A stretch of DNA of 33,000 nt from Oikopleura dioica (taxonomy: Eukaryota > Animalia > Chordata). A program made the translations under genes and the position numbers. The first letter of the stretch is position 1, and each line of letters starts with the position of its first letter. The stretch spans positions 3,906,001-3,939,000 of the forward strand of contig OU015569.1 of the NCBI GenBank assembly GCA_907165135.1, given 5' to 3'. Shown here piece by piece: positions 1 to 12,300 of the stretch. The notes beneath the pieces are model-generated. The model ran no database searches. It saw only the letters and a program-made list of their open reading frames with translations, and was not told where the DNA came from.

Positions 1-1289
1 AGTTTTTGTCACAAGCTCGATTTCCTCGACTTGCTCAGCTTCCAAAGCTTTTTCTTCCTTGGGCGTCTTTTGGTTCATTGAAATCAAGGAAGAGTTCAGC
101 GAGTCGATACGATCGTTCACGCGCTCCAGCTCTAGTACGTCAAGTTCAATTGGTGCGGAGGGAATATCTGCTACAATTTCTTCGAAACGACCATCGATGT
201 CGTTGACAAGCTTAGTAAGAGCCGTCCGGACGTCCTCGACGATAATATTATCTTCGTTTTCAAGAGATTGGAGTTTTGCACTTACATCGGGGGTCACAAA
301 ATTCTAGTATTGTTTATTCATATATAATTTTATATCATTATAAAATTGGGCTAATTGAATGAAGATTGTGACCCTTTTCAAAAGAAATAAATTTCTCCGT
401 ATTGACTTCCAGGTCACTTTGAATGTCCTCAACTCTCTGGGATGTGACACGTTGGTAGGCCATGACTTCTTGACGAGTTGCAGAGAGCTCCCTCAGCGTA
501 CTTTGTTCCGCTTCAAGAGGTGCGATTCTCAATTCCAGCTGCTGAAGGCGTGTTCTAAAATCAGTACTGTCGGTTTCTCCTCCTTTCGATGGCTGTGAAT
601 TCCTGTATTCAGATTCAGATTTTAACGCCCTTTATGATTGTTCCACAATAGAAAATCTACATCTTTCGTCAAACAGCTAAAATTTGACAGCTAAAATTAG
701 AAGTCTGGCAAATTATGATGGCCTCTCTGTGTCAGTTGAAAGAGTCAGAATGAATTGACCTTTGATACAGATGCACAAGAGCGTTAATTGCTATGACCGT
801 TTGCACTGATGACCGAAGACGTGACTAACGCCGAAAATGTAGAACAAATCCTGAGTTCACGCTTGAACTGATCGAGTTGAGGCTGAAGTGCGTTCTTGAT
901 TCGTCGCCTTATCGAAGGATGTCCATGAATCTTCGGTGCGTAGTCCATTCGTATACTTCGAATTTCAGCTTCTAATCGTCTGTAATTATAATGCGCCGTT
1001 GATATCTTCGTATTCATAGTTGAAAGTTGAATGTTGATATCCCGGATTTGATTACTCTCTTTGCTCAAAATTACCGTTGTCGTTTAATGGTAAATTTAAG
1101 TACTTTAATCTTTTTATCTTTTATAGAAATAAATCATTTATAATTTTTAAAGCGGAAAGAAACAACTTCGAGCGCATTCCTTAATTCTGCGGCAGAGAAC
1201 GGCGTTTCAGCTGCAACGGCACTCGTATAATTTAAGATCCCTAACGTCAGCGCTACAATCCATTCTCGCCGCCGCTTTCGCGTCTGCAT
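1..1289 (-). CDS. Putative secreted coiled-coil protein, multi-exon, runs off the left edge
   Basis: ATG at 1289 gives MQTRKRRREWIVALTLGILNYTSAVAAETPF (basic N-region, hydrophobic core, AVA cleavage-like site) followed by a GT donor. Downstream exon-like frames at about 784-1100, 372-602 (TRLQQLELRIAPLEAEQSTLRELS) and 1-304 are heptad-rich. The model needs 1-2 small indels to stay in frame. Confidence 0.45.
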
Positions 1290-2254
1290 TTTTATAAAAT
1301 AACTGATTTTCTTCTTCGTAAATCTCTTTCTTTTCTCGCTCGATTCTTCCGTTGGTTTTCACTCTTCTCAAATGCACGATTTCGTCTCTCAGAGCGAAGT
1401 AAGCCTCAATTAGGTTTTAAAAAGTAGCATAAAGAGGGCCGCCGGATTGTTAAATTCGCCACTTGGGGATGTACGTCCACGGAAAAATCAGAAATTGATA
1501 GAGTAAATAAACCCAAATTGGAGATTTTGGGAAAACTGCTCAGCGAGAAGTACCAAGGTAGGATGACGCTAAATCACCCGCCGAACGGGATCACAAAGGC
1601 CCTCACGTTAAAAAGGGGTCATCCAAAGGCACAAAGACCGTTTTATCCCCCATTATGTGGTGTATCTCCTTAAGGTGCGCCACACAATCGTGCGATAAAC
1701 CTTTTATTCACATCATCGTAAACACTCGAACATTCGTACATTTGCTCTTTAACTTTGATGTGCACACTTTTGATCAAGCGGCACTCTGTTTGATATGGGC
1801 AAACGACACACCCGAAAAATCTTCAATTCAACCCTTGTTCCTTAATCATGCCTTTTTATGCTGTCTCCTAAAAGTATATGTAACATATGCCTGCTTCGAC
1901 AAAACTCTTGCAAGAAAAAAAATGAATAGTTTCAGTCATGTAACTGACTGAAAACTTCTTTAGAGTGGAACTAGCTATGTTTTATTTTATTGAATAGAAT
2001 GTTGTATATACATTTGTTTTAATGAACAAAAAGTTAAACAGAAACGAAAGTTTAGTTGAAGACACGCTCGGAGTAAAAGAAGAGTTACTTTGCGGATTGA
2101 GTTTATTTTAGAGCTTCGAAGAACTAGCGAAGACATAGAGGAAAATATGAGATTTATCAGTTTGAATCCCCATACACTGGTCTAATACTAATTGCCGTGG
2201 GAAAAAGATTTAAAGTTACATCGAGTTTGAGTTGATAGGTTTTGTAACTGAGCA

Positions 2255-3148
2255 TTACAGAACGTTGCAAAACGAAGAGAGAGTTCCTGAAATCCAAGAG
2301 ACCAAGTTGTTGTCTTCCTGGCGCTCGAGGTTGACTCCTTGCGAGCGACGAGACGCAGAATCGAACAGTTCCGGATTCTCGAGTATCTTTTCCGACAATT
2401 CGAAAAATACATCGTTAACGTTTTCGCGTGTCTAAAAATAGCCCTACGAGCGATTGAAATATTGATGAGGCTCTACCTTTGCACTTGCTTCCATAAACAT
2501 CATTTTATGCCGTTTTGCCAGCTCGCGTCCTTCCTGCGTCGAGACTATAAGCAATCTGCTAGAACAATACAAATATAAGCAACAAAAAACCTTGTCGCTG
2601 CTCTGCCAGATCTGTCTTGTTGCCAACCAGAATCACGACCGGTTGCTTGTCACAGTTGACGTCCACTTCTTCAATCCAGCTCTTGACTTTGGCAAAGGTA
2701 TTTTTGTCAGTCACGTCATAAACAACAATAACTCCAAGGGCATTTCGGAAGAAAGATCTACAGTGAGTTATTGTCTCATCGCTAGTTAAAATAGAGCACT
2801 CACCGATTTATAGCGCGAAATCGCTCAGAACCAGCTGTATCCCAAATTCTCAGGCGAACTTTTTTGTCGTGCACGGTGAGATCTTTGCTCTTAACGTCAG
2901 GTTGAACTGTAACTTTGACAAGCTGCGGTTCAAAGATATTGTCCACGTAACGGAGGATCAGATGAGTCTAAAAATATTTTGACTTTGAGAACAGTCTCAT
3001 TACTGCGATTAGAGCGAGCGTCATTTTCACAGACTGTCAATTTCGCAAACTGTACCTTTCCCACGCCTGCTTCCCCAATCAGCAAAATCTTGGCCGCAAT
3101 GTCATAAGCCGGCGTGATGGGACCACGACGCTGGGCTCCATTGTCCAT
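2255..3148 (-). CDS. Rab18: Rab-family small GTPase, Rab18-like, 5 exons
   Basis: Hand splicing gives G1 GEAGVGKT, G3 IWDTAGSERF, G4 VGNKTD and G5 FMEASAKT. The C-terminus VFFELSEKILENPELF...GVNLERQE...FCNVL* resembles Rab18 (ELVEKI..TPGLW...GVKL...CSVL). Introns are GT-AG; stop at 2255-2257. Confidence 0.8.
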
Positions 3149-3423
3149 TTTGAGAAAATATATATCCCTTGACTCTCAGCCGATTTCTCTCAGTCTTGAA
3201 ATAAGTTCATTTGAGTTCAATCATAACATTTCGCGGTGTCGAAAATATGCTCAAGATTAACTATAGCAATTCAAAAGTTGAATTTAAACTTTTATTGAGT
3301 CAGTCAGACAGAGTAGTTTTTCTATATTTTGAACTAAAACCATAGAGGATGAGAAATTGCTAGGAACAGGTTAGTTTCAGGAAGACATCATGATTTTGCT
3401 CTAGAGTTTGTTGGGCCTTGAAG

Positions 3424-4984
<1,561 letters not shown>

Positions 4985-4987
4985 GCT

Positions 4988-4994
4988 CTAAAAA
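4988..4994 (-). promoter_or_regulatory. Splice acceptor 3 nt before the beta-tubulin ATG (candidate SL trans-splice site or 5'UTR intron acceptor)
   Basis: Minus strand reads tactttttag|agcATG. Confidence 0.55.
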
Positions 4995-5506
4995 GTAAAC
5001 TTATCTCTGCGCAAGAAATATCCAGAAAAAATCAGTAGCAAAAGATCTCTCTGAAAGTGAGGCTCAATACCAAAGTCTGGTACTGAAAGTGCTAGAAAGT
5101 AGCCTTGGTTTCATGCAGCAAGCTCTGAGCATGGCGCTCAAGGGCAAGGCGGGATGAAACAACCGCTAATTCGAGCAATTTGTTATCAGTTGAGAACATT
5201 TGCCAGCACGGCAATTTTGGTCACGTCAAGGGGCGGACTCTACGTCACTAATATGCGCCATATAGTTTGCCTTTTCCCATGAAATGTTGTCGATCAAACA
5301 GTATTTTTAAAGTGCATAAACGGAAATTCCCTTCCAATAAACTAACACCCCGATACTTGAATTCAAAAAAGGTACATTACCTGTCACTCAAGTCATCAAC
5401 TGCCACATATGTCGTATTCTCGTTAATTTTTCTTTCTTCATTGACAGAATAAATTTCATAACACGAGCGAAGTGAATCTACAAAATGTATTTTTTAAGAA
5501 AAGAGT

Positions 5507-6269
5507 TCAATTTATTTTCAAATGGCACATATCTTCGATACTACCAAGAGCTCTCGATATGTCTACTGTTAAATGAGTGTTTTGATAAGCTTCTTGCAGA
5601 AAGTGCTTTATAGTGATTGAAAAGAGAAGAGGATAGAACATGATAAACTGGTAAGCCGTTCGTTGATCAGCCTGTGATGCGGCCAGGTTCTTCAAGATCT
5701 CCTTGCTTTCTTTGTAGCATTGCTTGTCTTCCAAATAAAAGGGATTCGCCGAGCAAATGGCCCAACGAAAAGCCACCGAGTTCGCGACTTCCAGAAACTT
5801 GCCAGACTTCATTTCATCAATCATTTGCCGCTAAAATAATGCCATTAGTAAGGGATTTCAAGGGTAAACGAAGATCTGATTTAATAATTCCGACGAGAGT
5901 CGAGAGTAGTCGAGTTAATGGAAGTTGAAGCTCACGTACATAAACGATGTAGTCTGAGAGACGGTGTGCGAAGAACCATCCGCTCCAAAGAGAAATTGAA
6001 AACCTCGTGAGCCGTGCACGCTGCATAATCGGAATAAAGTTCTTCACGCTCCACTGGGTCACGCTAGATATCCTTTTTTGCTGATTCGAGCGTCCTTACC
6101 AGAAAGCAAGGAACCCACCAGCGTATTGGCTATAGCGAGGACCGTACATCCTCGCGAAGTAGTCTTTGATCACGAATCGCGTGCCAAAGCCTTTCCAGTT
6201 CTCCCAAAAACTAGTAATGCCCACGTCGAAGTCATTTTTCATCATCTGCCACGCGGTCAGGCTATGCAT
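5507..6269 (-). CDS. Small membrane protein, weak resemblance to the OCIA domain; at least 3 exons
   Basis: ATG at 6269 after ttaag|a. Introns 6064-6099 and 5831-5939 are GT-AG and phase-compatible, giving ...YAGGFLAFCVTQWSVKNF...FSISLWSGWFFAHRLSDYIVYRQMIDEMKSGKFLE with two hydrophobic segments. The OCIA likeness is by eye only. Confidence 0.6.
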
Positions 6270-6341
6270 TCTTAAGCAGTTTAAAATCGATTAACGTTGT
6301 AAAAAGTGAAAAAATAGAATTTTAAAATAAAAAAGAAGGTA

Positions 6342-9300
6342 TCAAGTGGTTGGTTTGAGGGAATTGTAGTTGATAGGTTGCCTTGGCAGTGGTCGTTTGA
6401 ATTGCTTGCGAGAAGGCAGCTTGACGGGAACATCTTCTGCTTCGAACTGAAGACAAAAACGTAACGCTCGGGTCGACTCGGCTCGAATGAAAGTAGATCT
6501 ACGGCATAAAAAGACGCGATCCAACTCTTTTTTGGTATTTATTGGAAGAGAAAACATGTCCCAGGAAAAGAGTACTCAAGAATTGGTCAACTATCACCAC
6601 GAAAAAATCGTTAAAAAGACTGATAGACTAACTGGACTGATATCGGTACGATAGTATTCTTGATCAATAAATTAAGTAAGTTTTATTTTTAAGGAATCGA
6701 GACGGGTGTACCACAGCGTTACAAGACAAATGGAAGTACTGAAAAAAGAGATGAACGATAAGCTTGATGCGCGAGATCTTTTGCTAGCCCAATTATATCT
6801 AGACGATTACTCAAGGATTCAGGGGACCCATCAAGGGTATTTTTCTGGCTGTTCTAAAAGCAGATATTTCTAAAAGTTTACTGAATCCTTCCCAGACACG
6901 AGGACTTGCATAACCGCCTTGACGAAATTGAATGCGAAATACGACGCTATCAAAAAGAGTTGAAGGAGTACGAAAGTGTCAAGAAAAAAGAAACCGCGAA
7001 TTACCAAGAGTACAAGTCAAAACTTGCGGCTATGACTAAAGATTTATGAACTGTGGCTACTGAATAAAGCCGACGAAATGAGAAACGAGTATTTACCTGT
7101 GATAGCTCAGTATTTGGCAGGGAAGAAAGAGAAACAACTTCTGAATCGAGAAAAGAGTTTTCGTGAGTAGGCAAATCGCAAGCAGAGCCAGTGTATTCAG
7201 TCGGATTATATGGAACGCGGTGACGTTCCAAAGCTACTAATCCGAGCTGCTTTTTCGTGAGCTCGTACTGGAGATTCTCAACGGCACTCAATGGACGGTC
7301 CTTTTCTTCGGAAGCCGCTGCCCCGTTTTCTAGCGATCGGGTCGCTCGCTTTAGCTCATGCGACAGTTTGTTACATCGTTCAAGCAGTGTCTGTTTCTCC
7401 TGTCGCAGAACTACGCACTCTTCCAAGGCATTCTGCAGTTCTAGAGTCATTCCAGGCGATTCTTGTGATCCCTCTCTTGCCGCCCGCGAACCTTTGAAAT
7501 TCGCCTTTTCATTTTCAAATTCTGCTCGTTCTTTGGCGATGATTCTTTCTTTTTCGCAAAGTTTTTCTTCGCGTATTTTCAGTTTCTTTGCATCCTCAGA
7601 TTCTACAGTTTCGATATCCGCCTAAAACCACTCATAAACAGGGGTTCGAAAAATGCGTGGTACGCGCGTGGTATTAGCGCCCCCACTTTCGCCGTTCCAC
7701 GGCCCGCCCGTGGTACACTTTCAAAAACAACGGTGGCTCGGTTTGCTAAATAAGGCCTGCGCCAGAGGAGTTAGGCCAAGCGGCGACCCGCAGAGCGCAA
7801 TACGAACCACTACACAATTCGTTCCGATTGCCGATCCAATGTGGGGAACAGGGCTGGTAAATTAGCGCACTATTTTCTCTCGAAGAAAAAAAAATTAGTG
7901 CACTAATTTTTTTTTAGAGACATTTTCGCGTCTTTCGCGCCTTTAGTGCACTAAAATGACACTAATTTTTCCTCTTGGGGAAATTAGTGACTTTTCGAGA
8001 GCTGATCAGCACTAAAGACGCGAAAAAAGAGGCTCTTTTTCATCATCCAATGGGCTCTTCCCGGATGATAGTTTCATGGAAGACGATTTTTGTCAGGGAA
8101 GAATTTCTTCAAACTGAAACTGCTACCAAGTTTAGATATTTAATACATAGATATTTAAAAATGAATGCATCATAAATATGACACAATTTAATTTTTAAAA
8201 ATCGTTTTCAGCCCCCCACCAAATTAAGTCAGCTAAGGTTATCGATCATCCTCTTTCACCTGAGCGTATTAGTTCTTTGAAACAAGCACTTTTAAGTTTT
8301 GCGAAAAAAATATATTTCCGGTGTCCTAATTTAGTAACAAAAAAATTGAAAGGAATAAAAGTCAACTTTTGTTGGAAATTCTTTTTGTCGAATATTTTAA
8401 TGGTGAGCTAAGATAAGCTTTGCTAGGGAGGTCTTCTCCCTAATTTTTTTATCGCAGGGCCATCCGCAGCTGGATCTTCCTGCTTTTCTTCATTTTTGCC
8501 TTTTTTCTTCTTGTCATCGTCCGACAACTTCTCATCGCTGTCCTCAACAGTCTCTGAAGCTGGAGCAGCCTTGACTGATACGTTCTACTTTCCGGGAACG
8601 GTCGGACTCATTACCGAAATTTTTGGTAACCCATTACCAATTTTCGGTTGTCGATTATCAATTTATATATATTTTTTCGCCAAGTTAATGAATAAAACAC
8701 CCCACAAGTTTTCTATTTTACAGGCGCGGAGCGCACACTCGCTCTTTGAATGAAAAAATCGACACTTTTTGCCGAATTTGGTAATGCATTACCAAAATTG
8801 GTAATGGGTTATCAATTGGTAATGAGTCCGACCTTTTCCCCTACTTTCGTGGTCTAAGAGCTCTTCTCAGTATCTTTATATAATTCTTTATTCAGAGAAT
8901 CATATATATTTGATCATTTAGAAGGGAGGTCTCCTCCCAAATTCACGCTTACTTGATAACTGCTAATGAAGAACTCCTCCCAAAGTTATTTTTTAGTTTT
9001 CTAGGATATAGCAATGCTATATTTTAAGAGTAAAATATATCGGGAGTAAATCTGCTTTCTGAATTATAAAGTAAGCATGAACTTGAGAGAAGATCTCCCT
9101 TCTGAATTGTGAAATAAATATGATTTTGTAATTATGAATTATATTAACAATTGCACAAGGCTGCTCCTGCTACAGACTTTTGAGGACACCGAAGATTAGT
9201 CGAACGACGACAAGAAGAAGATTGACAAGAAAGGGAAAATGCAGGAAGAACAAGCTTCAATAAAAAAATTAGGGAGAAGACCTCCCTTAGAAAGCTAATC

Positions 9301-12300
9301 TTAGGCTAAGAGTCTAAGCTTATCATTCAAATCCAGCGCAGAAAGAGTTGCAAACAAAAAATGAATTCTATTTTTCCCTATATAATATAAGCTATATTTG
9401 ATACTTTATATTTATGAAGAAAATTAACAAATGGATTGATAAAGTCTTTTTTGACTTTATATTAAAATTCACGCCCTCGATTACCCAATCCACTTTATTG
9501 AAACTCTTTGAAATTCTAATATTTACGAAGTTTGAAATTCCCAAACTTACGTATTCTTCAGAATTAAAGAGCCCGCGCTCATTGGCGGGCCAATCAGCAG
9601 CCCTTATTTTCGACACTTTTCGAGACACACGCGAAAGAGACGCGAAAGTCACTAAAGTCTCGACAAAATAAATTCGCGCACTAATTTTAGTGCACTAAAA
9701 ATTTTCGACAGATTTTAGGACGCGAATTTACCAGCCCTGGTCTCGACAAAATAAATTCGCGCACTAATTTTAGTGCACTAAAAATTTTCGACAGATTTTA
9801 GGACGCGAATTTACCAGCCCTGGTGGGGAACTAAAAAGCCACTATTCAATGAATTGAGAAAAGAATATCTTTACTAGTCCTTACGAGAGTCTTTACTAGA
9901 TATTAGAGGGATTAGTAAAGTTATGTTTTTATATAAAATAGGAGTATATATAGGGTTTCTATCGGAAAACAAAGTGCACTCAATTATTATGAAATTAACA
10001 CATTATGAATACTAACTGATAAGGTCGCTTGACGGTTAGTCCTAGTGTTTGGTTCTTTTTGGAAGTAATCCTCGACTGTGAGTAGGCTCATATTTAGCAA
10101 ACGGGTAGCTTACCACTTCCGGGAACTTTTTTGTTCATATTACCTAATGTTATAAGTATAAAGGTTATTGTTATTCATTTAATTATTAAACATTTAAATC
10201 ATCAAGCAAGCTGCGCTCGCCGAGGGTGAGACCTATCCGCGAGCGCCCAAAAGTAAAACTGGGCACTCGTTATTTCCACCGGCTTGCGTGGAATTCTACG
10301 TGTGTCCGTGGGTGGCGCTACTACGGGCCCGCGGTGGAATTTTAGCGCGAAAAACAAAAGCGCCGTGGGCGAAAGTGAGCGGTGGCGCTAATACCACGGG
10401 CGGGCAACGCTTTTTCGAGACCCTGCTCATAAACACTTTCTTATAACCATTAACTCACCTTCATGTCTTTGACCACGTCGCGAAGCCTATGAATTTGCAT
10501 CCTCAAGTTCGTTTCATTATTTGCAAAATAATTTTTTCTTTATCGTGCTCTGCCGCTGCTTCTGAGTTAGCTTTGAGCATTTCTTCGATCTTCTGAGCTT
10601 GGCTTTCAGTGATTGTCTGCAGCGTTTTGTTCTGTGCGATTAGTTGCGTTTCGACTTCGCTCAATTCGACCGCTCTTTTTTGGAAAGAACAGGACTTTTC
10701 TTCTGCCATTTTCAGGGAGCTCTACAAAACCCGAATTTACAAATCCGCTCGTTTAAAATTTATTTCAGTTTATGAGATATAATTAGGGTCTCCGGACAAA
10801 AATTATCTTTCGATCCTCAAGGGGTTTTTGGCATTTTTATGGGCTCTATCGATAGCTTAGAAGATACTGAGGAAGAATATGAAATAAAAAAGTAGGTGTA
10901 TAATTTTGGAAGTTGGTCAAAAAGGGATTGAAAATTCGTACTTTTTCACATTTTGGCATTTTTGACTAACTTCCGAAATTATACACCTACTTTTTTATTT
11001 CATATTCTTGCTTGAAATCATCTAAGCTATCCATGGAGCCCATAAAAATTTAAAAAAGCCCTTGGGGATCAAAAGTTAGTATTTTTCTACCGTAAACCCT
11101 AGATATAATCATTAAACTTGCCTGGTAATTTTGCTTATCCCTCTCATGCTCCTCTCTTAGCGTTTTATGAAGTACTTGTTCCTGGTGAAGCAGGCTCTCG
11201 ATATTATTTTTGGCTTTTTCCAAAACGGAAATTTGTGCGTCCGTTTCAACACGCATTTGCTCTGATTTGCTACACTCGATGCGAAGCTGCTTTTCCAACA
11301 CGCCGATTTTATTCGACCATTCGAACTCTTTCTTCTCGTAATGAGCCTGGATCTCCTTGAAGTAACAGTTGTTTTACACAGGTTAGACTTGAACTTTTTC
11401 GGCGCTGGGCTCTGCAACCTGTGTCCAAAACCTGAGTCAGGGCTTGAAAGAGTTTGAATGAAAACCCGCGAAGCGGCTTTTTTAAAAACGAAGCGGCTTC
11501 ATCAGAATAAGAGAACAGATAGGGATGGTGCGATTTTTCGATGCGTCATTTCATTCAAGCTCTTTCAGGCCCTGACTCAGGTTTTGGACAATGGTTGCTG
11601 AGGAAAGTTTCAGTACCTTGAACTGTTTCTCGATTTGCTGCGCGTAATCTTTGGAAATGGCTTTATTCTCCTCAATGACGAGCTCACAGTGGGCCAAGCG
11701 TTCGCTAACACTCGTAATCGTCGCTGACTTCTCCTTGAGGTCTTTTTCCAAATCTTTGATGAACAGTTCTAGATTCTGTTTTTCGTTTTCGACGGCTGTG
11801 AGCTTCAAGTTCGCACGATCGCGCTCTTGATTTGCGCTGGTGATGCACTGATGCAGTTCGTGCTTGTCTTTTGCCCTTTTTCGCGTGTAGTCCAGTCGCA
11901 ACTCTTGCCGCTGTGACTGGAGCTTGATGTCCAAACTCTGGAGAGAGTTCTTGAAGTTTTCGATCTCCAGCGCGTGCTTTTGAAGCAGTGAGTCGACGAA
12001 TTTCTTGTGCTCTTTTCTAGGGCTCAAGCAAATCCAGGAAACTTACGCACTGCTGTTCATTGCTTTCCGCCCGTGCCTGCATGAATAACACCAGTCAGAG
12101 AAGCATGCAACTTGTGAGCGTCATGCAGCTCTTTCTCGATCTTGGCCTTTTCAACTTGCGCTTTCTCTGTACGAGCATTCGCCATTTCGCGCTTGTTCAC
12201 GGCTTCTGAGATGTCGCCCTGGACGAGTCCGAGTCTCGTTTTCAGTGCGTTCTTTTCGCTACAGAGCTCGTTTACTTTCGACTGCAGGTCTTTATTCAGA

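Larger units (their letters stand above)
7849..9822. mobile_element. Non-autonomous hAT-like DNA transposon (middle element of the nest)
   Basis: TIR CAGGGCTGGTAAATT at both ends. Perfect 8-bp TSD GTGGGGAA at 7841-7848 and 9823-9830. Subterminal repeats of TTAGTGCACTAA. Confidence 0.92.
7639..10425. mobile_element. Non-autonomous hAT-like DNA transposon (outer element of the nest)
   Basis: Imperfect TIRs CAGGGGTTCGAAAAATGCGTGG..CGTGGTATTAGCGCC and CAGGGTCTCGAAAAAGCGTTG..CGTGGTATTAGCGCC. Perfect 8-bp TSD CTCATAAA at 7631-7638 and 10426-10433. Confidence 0.9.

Noticed and set aside
5215-5265. CRE-like (ACGTCA x2) and GC-box motifs upstream of beta-tubulin
   Set aside because: Plausible promoter elements, but short motifs occur by chance and no TSS evidence is available.
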